A stretch of DNA of 55,468 bases from a virus (IMGVR_UViG_3300028027_000070:1-55468), one strand, 5' to 3'. Shown: positions 9,630 through 19,495, numbered from the stretch's first letter. Made by a program: numbers and translations. The notes: a model not told the origin generated them from the letters alone.

Positions 9630-10181
9630 ATGACAATAAAATCTTTTGATGAATTTAATAATTCCAAAATTCAGGAATCCTATCGCAATTCTGACTATCT
9701 TGAAGCAGAGGGTAAAACTTCATTCTCAAGATGGCTTAGAAGAATAGGAAATAATATAGGTATCGGAGACGGTGGATATAGTAGCTATTATGCAGATGTT
9801 GATCCTAATATGTCAACCATAAAGAGTGCTTCTAGTGTTATAGGTTTAGCAGTTAAGGGACTTACTAAAGGAACTGCTGCTTTTATAGATTTTCTTTCAC
9901 CCGGGGAAGAGACTAAATCATGGAAGGACCTTGATAAAGAGGAGATAAAGAGAAGAAAAGAGGAGATAATCAAAAAGTGGGAAGCTGAGCATATAGAAAA
10001 TAGAAAAGTTACCGATGGTGATGCTGAGGAATTTTATAAATCCGGCGTTCTTAGAGGTAAAAAATACTTCGGTGATGATTTTACCCCACAGAATCCTAAA
10101 GATAAAGAACAGGAAATTTATAGAGATTACCTTAAAGATATAATGGGTACTTACTATAAAAAAACAAGAAAGAGAGCATAA
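9630..10181 (+). CDS. Hypothetical protein with CTS-like N-terminus
   Basis: Starts MTIKSFDEFNNSKIQE; GATATATA at 9604. Confidence 0.7.
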   Translation: MTIKSFDEFNNSKIQESYRNSDYLEAEGKTSFSRWLRRIGNNIGIGDGGYSSYYADVDPNMSTIKSASSVIGLAVKGLTKGTAAFIDFLSPGEETKSWKDLDKEEIKRRKEEIIKKWEAEHIENRKVTDGDAEEFYKSGVLRGKKYFGDDFTPQNPKDKEQEIYRDYLKDIMGTYYKKTRKRA

Positions 10182-11113
10182 TGGGTAACGGTATCCTTAA
10201 TTTTTCTAATTTTAAGGCCTTGTTTGAAGGAGGAGCTGCAATAAAAACATCTAGACGAATACGAGAGGATGAATTTCCAGGAACGTTATTATCTATAAAG
10301 GAAAAGCTTTTTCCGCTGCTTGGTATAGATCAATCAAAAATCAATGATCAATATGTGATCATAGGAAGTATAGGAAAAAAAGAAAATCCTGATGATACCT
10401 CCGGTGATCTTGATATTGGTTACGATGCTAAATGGTATTCAGATACTAATGGTATAACAAAGAAGGAATGCTCTGGATTTATATACGATAAGATAAGAAA
10501 TGATCTTGGCGATATTATAGGATTCCAACCTGAAATAAATTATCTGAAGGGACTTAATATAGTTAGTATTGGTTGGCCGATAGATGGTAATATAGATAAG
10601 GGTATAGTTCAGCTTGATCTTATACCTCTATCAGATATGAAATGGGCAGATTTTATATACTATTCACCAAATTATAAAATAGGTGAAAGTAAATATAAAT
10701 CCGCTCATAGAAATTGGCTATTAGCAGCCATATTATCTTCGAGAAAGGAAATAATGGAAATTGATGATGCAGGCGAAGTATTAGATTATAATACACCAGT
10801 CCTTATTTTAAGCGATGGTTTATACTGGCATACAAAATCATACAGGGGAAAAATCAAAGATAGATTAAAAAATCCTAAAAAAATAGAAGGAAGTGAGAGA
10901 TTCGTTACTAACGATCCTCAGGAATTTGTTAATTTTGCTTTAGGTCCTGGATATAATATAGACGATGTTAAAACCTTTGAACAACTGTTTTCTGTAATAA
11001 TGTCGCCAGATTTCGAATTAAAGGATAAGTTACCGGAAATAAAGGAAAGATTTTTGGAATTTTTGCAAAGAGTTGGACTAGAAATACCTACTGAGATTAA
11101 TAGAATACAATAA
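10181..11113 (+). CDS. Pol-beta superfamily nucleotidyltransferase
   Basis: hGS...DxD motif (IGSIGKK...SGDLDIG) and third Asp in VQLDL; CTS-like start ILNFSNFKALFE. Confidence 0.7.
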   Translation: MGNGILNFSNFKALFEGGAAIKTSRRIREDEFPGTLLSIKEKLFPLLGIDQSKINDQYVIIGSIGKKENPDDTSGDLDIGYDAKWYSDTNGITKKECSGFIYDKIRNDLGDIIGFQPEINYLKGLNIVSIGWPIDGNIDKGIVQLDLIPLSDMKWADFIYYSPNYKIGESKYKSAHRNWLLAAILSSRKEIMEIDDAGEVLDYNTPVLILSDGLYWHTKSYRGKIKDRLKNPKKIEGSERFVTNDPQEFVNFALGPGYNIDDVKTFEQLFSVIMSPDFELKDKLPEIKERFLEFLQRVGLEIPTEINRIQ

Positions 11114-11135
11114 TAAACATTAAAAAAAGCTACTT

Positions 11136-13178
11136 ATGGCAGGAATTAGTCATTTATATGATATTTATAACAAAAAAGGTAAAGATTTTATTGATAATCT
11201 CTTTAACTCCTATGTGACCATCAATGAAAAAATGGATGGCTCCGCTTTTGTTTTTGAGAGAGATCCTGAAACTGGTAGATTTAATTTTTATAAAAGAGAT
11301 CAAAGATATCCAATAACTCTTGTTGATCGTACTCTTATGAAATATTACGAAAAACCGATAAATTATATAGAGTCACTCCCACCACATATTCTTAATGAAA
11401 TACCTAGAGGCTGGAGATTTGGTCTTGAGTATTTTTCAAACAATCAACCGGTGGAGATTGCTTATGATAGATTACCTAAGAATAATCTAATATTATCATA
11501 TATTCATACAAAGAACGAAAACGGAAAACCTTCATCAACAATACAGGATCAGGAACAGTTAAATAATTGGGCGGATCTTCTTGGTGTTGAAAGACCACCT
11601 ATAGTATTCCAGGGCATGCTAACGGATGACCAGAAAAATCAAATATTGGATTTTCTAAGAACACCATTCGATCAGCTAGTTGCTGAGTATAAGACAAAGA
11701 GCTTTGTTAGGTACATAATAGGTGTTCTTAATCCTTCCTCAAAAACAAGTGCACTTAATAATGACCTTGATAAGCCGATAGAAGGAATAGTTTTTAGATT
11801 TGGCGAAGAGGATAATGGTAAGGAACCAATATTATCCAAAATGGTTGATCCGGTTTTTACTGAGATGGCCAAGGAGAAATATAGTAAAAGATCAGAGGAA
11901 AAACCTAGTGATTTTCTGGGTCTAACTATAATGGATATAATGAATTATATCCTCGAGGAGGGTGTTGAGTCATTTAACGTTGCTGGTGATAGTGACGATG
12001 AAAGATATATCTCCTTCATGTCCGACGTTTTTGTTAAATTCCTTGGAGAATATGCATATAAATATAGAGGTGCTGATTTTCAGGAACCTGATTATTTAAA
12101 GAAGGACGAGTTCAGATTGAATCTGGACATGATAAAGGATAAAAGAGTACTTAAGTATTTGGATACTGATGATTCTTATGAATCCCTTTTTAAGCTTATG
12201 CTTAACTCGTTTAGAAAAATAAGAAAAAGAGCTAGTGGAATAATAACTGCTGGTATAATAGATCAATTTAATATAGTAGTAAGTGATATAGAGAGTGTTG
12301 TTGCCAAGGAGATTAAGCCAGCTATACAAGAATCTGAATCTATTCCATCTTTCATGGATTTTAAGAAAAGTAATATATCATCAAAGAAAATAGATTATGT
12401 TACAGCTGAATCTGAAAATTCGGAGGACGACTCTGACGAGGATGTTGATGATCCATTCTATTCATATAATGAATTTATATCAACACTAGAAACTATAGAT
12501 ACCACAAAGAAAGATAAGACAAAGGAAATAAAGGAGGATGCTTCTGAGGACGTAAAGAAATTAGAGCCTGTTAATTTATTAGTTGGTAGATTTCAGCCTT
12601 TCCATAATGGACATCTTAAGATGGTTGATCAATTATATAAGGAAAATGATCTTCCTAGCATAATAGCTGTTGTCCATCCTGGACATAACAAATCTGGTAA
12701 ATCCCCATATGATGAAAAATTAATATCGAGATATATGGAAGGAATAGTTAGAGATAATCCAGGTAAAATAGCTGGTTATTTTATAGTTAATCGTGGATTA
12801 CTTGGTCCTATTTATGGAAAGGCTAAGGAATATGGATTTCTCCCTAAGATGATAGGTGCTGGCGATGATAGAATAGAGGATTATAATAAGCAAGCTGAAT
12901 ATCTTAAGAAAGCAGGTGGAGATTTTCCTGAGGATATAAAAATAACTCAAACTAAGAGATCTTCCAGTGGAAGTGACGTTAGAAAAAAAATAGATTCTGA
13001 AGACTATACCGGATTTAAAAAACTCGTACCACAAGCGGTTGCAAATGTTTATAATTCATTAATAGATTCACAGAGAGGAACAGGTATTAAAGAGGAGGAA
13101 GATCCTACTTTTTCCGATTCTGATCTTATAACAGAATCTGAAAATTTTCAGAATATAGAAAAAAATAATCAAGAATAG
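11136..13178 (+). CDS. RNA/DNA-ligase-like adenylation domain fused to an HxGH (cytidylyltransferase/NMNAT-like) domain
   Basis: N-terminal NEKMDGS (motif I), EGIVF and SKMV. C-terminal GRFQPFHNGH, GAGDDR and SSGSDVR. Acidic linker between them. Confidence 0.75.
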   Translation: MAGISHLYDIYNKKGKDFIDNLFNSYVTINEKMDGSAFVFERDPETGRFNFYKRDQRYPITLVDRTLMKYYEKPINYIESLPPHILNEIPRGWRFGLEYFSNNQPVEIAYDRLPKNNLILSYIHTKNENGKPSSTIQDQEQLNNWADLLGVERPPIVFQGMLTDDQKNQILDFLRTPFDQLVAEYKTKSFVRYIIGVLNPSSKTSALNNDLDKPIEGIVFRFGEEDNGKEPILSKMVDPVFTEMAKEKYSKRSEEKPSDFLGLTIMDIMNYILEEGVESFNVAGDSDDERYISFMSDVFVKFLGEYAYKYRGADFQEPDYLKKDEFRLNLDMIKDKRVLKYLDTDDSYESLFKLMLNSFRKIRKRASGIITAGIIDQFNIVVSDIESVVAKEIKPAIQESESIPSFMDFKKSNISSKKIDYVTAESENSEDDSDEDVDDPFYSYNEFISTLETIDTTKKDKTKEIKEDASEDVKKLEPVNLLVGRFQPFHNGHLKMVDQLYKENDLPSIIAVVHPGHNKSGKSPYDEKLISRYMEGIVRDNPGKIAGYFIVNRGLLGPIYGKAKEYGFLPKMIGAGDDRIEDYNKQAEYLKKAGGDFPEDIKITQTKRSSSGSDVRKKIDSEDYTGFKKLVPQAVANVYNSLIDSQRGTGIKEEEDPTFSDSDLITESENFQNIEKNNQE

Positions 13179-13179
13179 A

Positions 13180-13725
13180 ATGAAAAAGTTTATTGAATCA
13201 TTTGAACAGTTTACTAATCCAGTAAATGAAAATGACGGATTTGGAACTTCACCCTTTTTAATGAAGAAAGTTAGTGATGTTTATCATTATTTCTTCACTT
13301 TGGATAGCGAGGACGAGGAAGAAGAAATGGGATACCATCTTATAATAGGGAAGTATTCTGAGAATGAAGCTATAGAGGGAGCCAAAAATTCATATTGTGT
13401 ACTTAATATAAATCAAATAGGACACGAGCTTATAGAAGATATAGCTATTAATAAAGAGGATATTCCATCTCCTGATGATAGTAAATTTCTTCTTGATGGT
13501 GGTGAACTTTCCCGTTTGATGGAATACATATTCAAATGTGTGCTCGATTATCTTTCTCTTAATCCAAAGGTTATAAGAATATATGATGAGCTCCAGGACA
13601 ATCTTGAATATAAAGGAAAGGGTGAATATATAGAATATATGAAGTCTATTTGTATATCAGAGCTTGGTAAAAATTGGGCGGTTCAAAACGGTACAGATGA
13701 AAAATCATTAATTATAAGCAGATAA
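13180..13725 (+). CDS. Hypothetical protein with CTS-like N-terminus
   Basis: Starts MKKFIESFEQFTNPVNE. Confidence 0.7.
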   Translation: MKKFIESFEQFTNPVNENDGFGTSPFLMKKVSDVYHYFFTLDSEDEEEEMGYHLIIGKYSENEAIEGAKNSYCVLNINQIGHELIEDIAINKEDIPSPDDSKFLLDGGELSRLMEYIFKCVLDYLSLNPKVIRIYDELQDNLEYKGKGEYIEYMKSICISELGKNWAVQNGTDEKSLIISR

Positions 13726-13778
13726 GGGAACTTTTTTAAAAATCGTTGATATAATAATAAATTAAAATTAAATTTAAA

Positions 13779-13958
13779 ATGGAAAAATTCGAACAAATCA
13801 AGGCTCTATTGGAGCAAACACAAGGTGATGCTGAAAAATTCTTTAGCAAAGGTAACAGTGCAGCTGGCACAAGAGTTAGAAAAGCTATGCAGGAATTGAA
13901 AGCTCTTGCTCAGGAAGTAAGAACTGAGGTTCAGGACTCTAAGAACAAAACAGCATAA
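13779..13958 (+). CDS. Histone H1-like (Hc1 family) nucleoid protein; below the ORF-track cutoff
   Basis: Translates as MEKFEQIKALLEQTQGDAEKFFSKGNSAAGTRVRKAMQELKALAQEVRTEVQDSKNKTA, with the KGNxAAGTRxRK signature. Confidence 0.85.
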   Translation: MEKFEQIKALLEQTQGDAEKFFSKGNSAAGTRVRKAMQELKALAQEVRTEVQDSKNKTA

Positions 13959-13984
13959 TTATTAATTTTTAAAAAAAACATAAC

Positions 13985-14218
13985 ATGAGCTACTACTTAG
14001 CAAAAGTAAGATTCGAATCAGGAGAAGTTAAAAAGAATGGTGATCCAGTTTATACAATATCACAATTTCTAGTTTCAGCAGAATCTGTATTGGACGTGGA
14101 AACGAAAGTTGCGTCTTATATGGAGGGAACTCTAGGAGACTTTGAAACCATCCAGGTTACAAAAACAAAAATAGAAACAGTCATATATGACAAAGAAAGA
14201 TACGAAGACTCAATCTAA
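13985..14218 (+). CDS. DUF4494-like protein
   Basis: YYLAKVRFE...FLVSAESVLDVE pattern of the Bacteroidota DUF4494 family. Confidence 0.55.
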   Translation: MSYYLAKVRFESGEVKKNGDPVYTISQFLVSAESVLDVETKVASYMEGTLGDFETIQVTKTKIETVIYDKERYEDSI

Positions 14219-14447
14219 ATCCTCAAATACCGATTCCTATGTTCCGCCACAATCGCCTATAGCTATACAACCCGGAGACACTGGATTTGCTACTGTAGGT
14301 AAGGCATATAATAGATTTATATGGACATTTGGAGATTGGCAAAAGAAGAAAAAGAAGATAATCAATCCGGATACAAATTGGGATCTTAATAAGAAACCAA
14401 TGTCAGACTCTGACTGGGAGAAGAAAAAAAAGGACTTATATTTATAA
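14187..14447 (+). CDS. Hypothetical protein
   Basis: ORF followed by a terminator; internal IWTFGDW motif. Confidence 0.6.
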   Translation: MTKKDTKTQSKSSNTDSYVPPQSPIAIQPGDTGFATVGKAYNRFIWTFGDWQKKKKKIINPDTNWDLNKKPMSDSDWEKKKKDLYL

Positions 14448-14459
14448 GTCCTTTTTTTT
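14424..14459. terminator. Bidirectional-type intrinsic terminator
   Basis: A8-GGACTTATA / TATAAGTCC-T8 perfect inverted repeat. Confidence 0.75.
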
Positions 14460-14475
14460 GTTGGATATATACATT

Positions 14476-14784
14476 ATGAAAAATGTTAAACCTTTCTCTA
14501 ATTTTATATCCGAGGATATATTAATGGATGGACCGAGAATGCCAGAAAAAGTCCTTAGATATAGTGGCGGTGACGTAACCAAAATGCCCATTATTGGTGA
14601 AATTGAAACCGGGAATATAGCTGGTATGGGAAGTGCTACTTATAATGTCGTTGAGATAATAGAGGGCGGAAAGGAAGGGGATTGTATCTATGTTACGGAT
14701 ATGTGGTATAAACCAGGTGTCCCTCAATTGGTACATTCAGCTATGATTAGTAGATTTACACCAGAGTGGGAAAAATTAAAATAA
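14476..14784 (+). CDS. Hypothetical protein with CTS-like N-terminus
   Basis: Starts MKNVKPFSNFISE; GATATATA at 14464. Confidence 0.7.
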   Translation: MKNVKPFSNFISEDILMDGPRMPEKVLRYSGGDVTKMPIIGEIETGNIAGMGSATYNVVEIIEGGKEGDCIYVTDMWYKPGVPQLVHSAMISRFTPEWEKLK

Positions 14785-14794
14785 TAAATAACCT

Positions 14795-15163
14795 ATGCCA
14801 GCAGTTAGTATAGCTCAACAAAGATTAATGGCTCAGGCCTATGCAGTTAAGATCGGAGAACTATCCGCATCTAAGCTTAATCCTAAATATAGAGACGAGA
14901 TAGTTAAATTGTCAAAGAATATGACAGAGAAGGAGCTAAAAGCTTATGCGTCTACAAAATATAAGAAGCTTCCAGATCACGTTGACGAGATGGACACACC
15001 AGTAATTTTGGAACCCGTTGGCTCTTCAACAATTCCTAAATTTCACCCTAAGGGACCAGGTAACATTGTTCCATTTTTGAATCCTGAATCTAAGAAATTA
15101 AAAAAAGGTGCGAAGAATCTATCTAATCTTAAGGATTATAGAGATTGGCTTTCTAATAAATAA
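14795..15163 (+). CDS. DUF3008-like protein
   Basis: MPAVSIAQQRLMAQAYAVK...MTEKELKAYASTK signature. Confidence 0.65.
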   Translation: MPAVSIAQQRLMAQAYAVKIGELSASKLNPKYRDEIVKLSKNMTEKELKAYASTKYKKLPDHVDEMDTPVILEPVGSSTIPKFHPKGPGNIVPFLNPESKKLKKGAKNLSNLKDYRDWLSNK

Positions 15164-15164
15164 T

Positions 15165-15590
15165 ATGAAAAAGCAGATGAAACATCTTCTGGATTTTAAA
15201 TCATATTCTCCGGAATATGAATATAAAACCGAGTATAGAAGAGAAATTGAATTGGATAGGATAAGAAAGTCAAGAGAATATAGAAGAATTCTATCCCTTG
15301 GTTTTGATGAGGATACTTCACACCAACAGGAAATAAACAACACATTGAAGTTCATCAGAAGTGTTAAGAAGCAGAAAGAACTTGGTCACGGTGATGTGTT
15401 TTATACTATACATCCATCAGGAACAGTAAGAAGATATAACCCATTAAAATCCAAGGAAATTGGAGAGGGAAATGGTAACGATATAAAAAAATTCAGCGAA
15501 CCTTTTAAAACAGCTAAGGACTATGCTAAGGGATTAAATTTTCTTTGGCAATATCTGAAGAGAAAAGAGGCTAGAGGAGACTATAGATAA
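15165..15590 (+). CDS. Hypothetical protein with CTS-like N-terminus
   Basis: MKHLLDFKSY near the start. Confidence 0.65.
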   Translation: MKKQMKHLLDFKSYSPEYEYKTEYRREIELDRIRKSREYRRILSLGFDEDTSHQQEINNTLKFIRSVKKQKELGHGDVFYTIHPSGTVRRYNPLKSKEIGEGNGNDIKKFSEPFKTAKDYAKGLNFLWQYLKRKEARGDYR

Positions 15591-15593
15591 ATT

Positions 15594-15821
15594 ATGTGTG
15601 GATGCGGATCAGTAAATTCTACGGAGATCAGAACGATGACTCATAGCAAGGAAACTAGTAGAATATTAAATTCCTGGATTATTGATAATATGAATAGGAG
15701 GTTATTAGTGCAGAGCCCAATATATGATAGTTATAATGATATAATAGGGTATGTGACAAAAAATGAATCTGGAAATATTGTAAGAATATTTTCTAAGAAT
15801 ATAAAAGAAATATTAGAATAG
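15594..15821 (+). CDS. Hypothetical protein
   Basis: Tightly packed ORF starting MCGCG. Confidence 0.55.
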   Translation: MCGCGSVNSTEIRTMTHSKETSRILNSWIIDNMNRRLLVQSPIYDSYNDIIGYVTKNESGNIVRIFSKNIKEILE

Positions 15822-15822
15822 T

Positions 15823-16290
15823 ATGTTTTACCCAACTGGAAATAGTACAAACGGAAGAAAATTAGTTTGTATTGATGACGAAAGAAAAAATATTGATTCC
15901 TATCTTGATGAATGCAATTGCGACGAGTCATGCAATTGTGTAGAAAATTGGTTGAATCAAAATGACTATTGTGTCGAGAAATGGCAATTGAGAAATTATC
16001 TAAAGGGAGAAGAATCTAGTGTTAGTAAAATCGATGAGGATATGGACGGTGGAGCAGCCCCAGCCCCTGGACTTTCCACACTAGGAAATGTTGGCGGAAT
16101 GGGAAATCCAGTTGCACCTACTAATGACGGAACAAATTCCGGATTCTATGATACTACAAAGACTGGTAGCGGCGATAAATTCACTACGCTGAGTGCTGGA
16201 ACTAATGCTGCTAATAAAAAAGGCAGGAGTAGAAAGAAGATGATCTCATACAAGGAATTTGTCCAAAAAAATAGGAAGAAAAAGAAATAA
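15823..16290 (+). CDS. Hypothetical protein (Gly-rich, C-terminal CTS-like motif)
   Basis: Ends KKMISYKEFVQKNRKKKK; followed by a terminator. Confidence 0.65.
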   Translation: MFYPTGNSTNGRKLVCIDDERKNIDSYLDECNCDESCNCVENWLNQNDYCVEKWQLRNYLKGEESSVSKIDEDMDGGAAPAPGLSTLGNVGGMGNPVAPTNDGTNSGFYDTTKTGSGDKFTTLSAGTNAANKKGRSRKKMISYKEFVQKNRKKKK

Positions 16291-16291
16291 T

Positions 16292-16318
16292 AAATCACCC
16301 AATCGGGTGATTTTTTTT
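16292..16318 (+). terminator. Intrinsic terminator
   Basis: AAATCACCC-AATC-GGGTGATTT stem plus T run. Confidence 0.8.
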
Positions 16319-16358
16319 ATTCGTAATTTTTTTTTAAATTGCGATAAAAATTATAACC

Positions 16359-16748
16359 ATGAATAGAGAGATATTAATACAGGAGGATTACCCTAATGAT
16401 CCATGGAAGATGTTAGTTTGCTGTATATTATTGAACCAGACCCATAATAGGTCAGTGCGACCTATTTTAGACTCCGTATTTGAGTTTATTCCTGATTACC
16501 ATTCTGCAATCAATTGCGACGTCGAACGTCTAGCAGCGATCATAAAAACAACAGGCTTGTATAATATGAAGGCCAGAAGAATAATAGGTATGAGCAAGGG
16601 ATACAAAGAAGGCTTTACTCGAGTTACCGAACTTCCAGGAATAGGCATATATGCTAATGAATCCTGGGAAATATTCGTTAATGGTAATCTCGATATAAAG
16701 CCAACTGATGGTAAGCTTAGAGCCTACCTGGATGCTGTTTTATTTTAG
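16359..16748 (+). CDS. MBD4-like HhH-GPD DNA glycosylase
   Basis: LIQE...DPWKMLVCCILLNQT, HhH motif LPGIGIYA, and catalytic Asp position in PTDGKL. Confidence 0.8.
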   Translation: MNREILIQEDYPNDPWKMLVCCILLNQTHNRSVRPILDSVFEFIPDYHSAINCDVERLAAIIKTTGLYNMKARRIIGMSKGYKEGFTRVTELPGIGIYANESWEIFVNGNLDIKPTDGKLRAYLDAVLF

Positions 16749-17714
16749 AACTTTGATTCTTAGATTTATCGGTTCCTTAAGTACTGGATTTGAAACATAG
16801 AAGGGTTTTTGAACCTCGCATCTTACAAATTTCTTATCTTCACCTAATGGCAGGTATATTATATCATCAGGCTTGAACATCTTGTGGATCTTCATTGTTT
16901 TTCCATCTCTTTCAAACTCAAGATCCATTTCTATATGATCATCAAATATAGCCCAATTGTCGGTTCTTCCGAATTTTTTGAACTTCTTATTAATTATTCT
17001 AAATACCTTTCCTGTAACAAACCCATCGCTTCCAAGTTTCGATGCAAATCTTATAGGCTTACCTTTTTTTAGATTGTAGCTTTGTATCTTGGAGTCTCCA
17101 AATGCTGAAGCCTTGTCTTTTGGTATTTTTTTTGACTCCTCTTCAGTTAAAACAGTTCCGTCGGTTTGTATAACTATTCTGTAGTCATAATCATCATTAG
17201 GTTTTGTTACGACATATTTAAGTTTTTCCTCGTCGTATTTCACCTTATTTATGCCAGCATGAAATTCTATGGATTTGTTTATTTCCTCGTGTGATTCCTC
17301 GTCCTTGAATATCTTTATCGCTCTAGCTATATTTTCAATTATAGGAATGTATATTTGGTTACCCTCCTTTGATGGCTGATTTGATTTTAGATCCGCAGGT
17401 ATGTCAACATTTAATGGATAAAATTTACCCATGAATCTAAAATGTGCCTCCATAATTGGATACCCTGTTGCTATTTTATCTGAAAATTTTAACCATTTAA
17501 GTTTCTCATTTAGTCTAATATCATACTCCTTTGCAAGTAATTTAGAGCATTCTTTCTTTATTTCCTCTATCTTGATATTATTAAAATATTTTGATAATAT
17601 GGCAGGGAATACTATGTTTTCCGGTGTGTATATTTTTTCTAGCTCCTCTACATCAACTTTTATTGACAATCTTGCCTCGTTGATCCACCCTTTAAAATTT
17701 TGCATATTCTCCAT
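16740..17714 (-). CDS. Hypothetical protein with CTS-like N-terminus
   Basis: 324-aa ORF starting MENMQNFKGWINE. Confidence 0.7.
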   Translation of the reverse strand: MENMQNFKGWINEARLSIKVDVEELEKIYTPENIVFPAILSKYFNNIKIEEIKKECSKLLAKEYDIRLNEKLKWLKFSDKIATGYPIMEAHFRFMGKFYPLNVDIPADLKSNQPSKEGNQIYIPIIENIARAIKIFKDEESHEEINKSIEFHAGINKVKYDEEKLKYVVTKPNDDYDYRIVIQTDGTVLTEEESKKIPKDKASAFGDSKIQSYNLKKGKPIRFASKLGSDGFVTGKVFRIINKKFKKFGRTDNWAIFDDHIEMDLEFERDGKTMKIHKMFKPDDIIYLPLGEDKKFVRCEVQKPFYVSNPVLKEPINLRIKVLK

Positions 17715-18019
17715 TATTCTTTCTTCTTTGAGTTTTTTTCTTGGAATGAAATCTTTAGATATTCCGTTATATCAGATCCCGATTTTTTATCTTCGTCTAT
17801 GAATTTGTTGAATTCCTCGGATCTCCCGGCATCATCTAGAAAGTCATGGAAATATGACGACTCGTACATTGCGTCTATTGTTTCCGGCATTGTTGGATCC
17901 GCACTTTGGTAGTTTCTCCTGTTTACCCTTGTCTCGTATGATTGACCCGGAACATCCACGCTTCCCGGCGAGTCAATCCATTCATTAACGAAACCCTTGA
18001 ATTTTTGTAAATTTTTCAT
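17714..18019 (-). CDS. Hypothetical protein with CTS-like N-terminus
   Basis: Starts MKNLQKFKGFVNE; GATATATA on the minus strand at 18033-18026. Confidence 0.7.
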   Translation of the reverse strand: MKNLQKFKGFVNEWIDSPGSVDVPGQSYETRVNRRNYQSADPTMPETIDAMYESSYFHDFLDDAGRSEEFNKFIDEDKKSGSDITEYLKISFQEKNSKKKE

Positions 18020-18088
18020 ATTATTTATATATCTGACCGGAACATATGTTTATTATGACGTAAAACATCTACATTAAAATATTTCTGA

Positions 18089-19495
18089 ATGATTATTGAT
18101 ATAGAGAATAAAGGAAGCTACTTAAATGTATCCCACTTTGGTCCTGAGGGAGAACTTGCATTTCTACACGTACCCATACCCGAGAGTGAGAGATTCAATT
18201 GGGAAAAGTGCAATCCAGGAGATCCTAAGAAGGATAAGGAGTGGACAAACTGGAAGGGTGAACCTGTTAAGAAAGTAAAATCTGAGAGATATGACAAATA
18301 TCGGATGGCCCAGATTTTAATGGAAGCCCCAGATGAATTAACAAAACCATTATGGGAGTATCAGGAACCAAAAAAATACTTCGTCGATATAGAAGTTGAG
18401 ATAACGGAGGATAAGGCTGCATCCCTTGATACTGAAAATGCAAAAAACCGTGTACTCTCCATAGGTATCGGAACTGACAAAAGAAAATTATTGATTCTTG
18501 GTTTAGATCCACTAACTCCTGAACAACAAGGAAGTATATTTAATAAGATAAACAAATACTTCGAAAAAACCGGCGATGAGTGGAGCTTTAAATATAAGCA
18601 ATTCGAAACCGAGTATGATATGATGTACACTTTCTTTCGTGAGCTTGGTCCGAAAATGGCAACAATGACCGGATGGAACTGGTTAGGATATGACTGGCCA
18701 TATCTTCTGAATAGAGCTAAAAGACTTGGTATAGATCCCAAAATTATATCACCAGGAAAAACCTTGATTGGTAAAGGTCAATTACCTCAGCATTTATTAA
18801 TGTTTGACTACTTGGAGATTTATAAAAAGTGGGATCGAGTTATAAAGATCAAGGAAAGTAATAGACTTGATTATGTTGCAGAGAAAGCTGTTGGTTTTAA
18901 AAAGATTGCTTATGATGGAACACTTAGAGATTTATATCAATCAAACTTCGAAGATTTCATCTATTATAATGCTGTCGATTGTGCTCTTGTCCATTATATA
19001 GACCAGAAGCTTAAAACCATGCAGACTTTCTTTAAGATTGCCATGATATCTGGTGTTGAAATAAACAGATGTCTTTCCCCTGTTTGGTCAACTGAAGTTC
19101 TTATGATGAAGAAATTCCTGGAAAGAAAACAGGTTCTTACTGCGGAGAGAAAAGAGGAAGTTCACGTCAAGTTTGCTGGTGGATATGTTAAGGATCCTAT
19201 AAAGGGTCTACATGGTTGGGTAGCATGTTATGATTTTGCTTCACTGTACCCTAACGCAATGGTTCAATGGGGAATTTCTCCTGAATCATATAAAGGAAAG
19301 AATCTACTGAATCCCAAGGAAAATTGGATTAAATGTGCATCGGGAGCTTACTTTGGTAACGATGATGAAAACCCAATACTTAAGATAATAATTAAGGATC
19401 TGTATGCAAGAAGAAGAAAAACTAAGGATAAAATGCTTGAATTAGAGCTAGAAATAGATGGTTTGAAAAAAGTACTACAGAAAGAGAAAAATTAA
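18089..19495 (+). CDS. gp43: Family B DNA polymerase, N-terminal subunit (3'-5' exonuclease plus motif A)
   Basis: ExoI DIEVE, ExoII GWNWLGYDWPY, ExoIII YNAVD, motif A YDFASLYP. Ends in the first fingers helix; motifs B and C absent. Confidence 0.92.
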   Translation: MIIDIENKGSYLNVSHFGPEGELAFLHVPIPESERFNWEKCNPGDPKKDKEWTNWKGEPVKKVKSERYDKYRMAQILMEAPDELTKPLWEYQEPKKYFVDIEVEITEDKAASLDTENAKNRVLSIGIGTDKRKLLILGLDPLTPEQQGSIFNKINKYFEKTGDEWSFKYKQFETEYDMMYTFFRELGPKMATMTGWNWLGYDWPYLLNRAKRLGIDPKIISPGKTLIGKGQLPQHLLMFDYLEIYKKWDRVIKIKESNRLDYVAEKAVGFKKIAYDGTLRDLYQSNFEDFIYYNAVDCALVHYIDQKLKTMQTFFKIAMISGVEINRCLSPVWSTEVLMMKKFLERKQVLTAERKEEVHVKFAGGYVKDPIKGLHGWVACYDFASLYPNAMVQWGISPESYKGKNLLNPKENWIKCASGAYFGNDDENPILKIIIKDLYARRRKTKDKMLELELEIDGLKKVLQKEKN

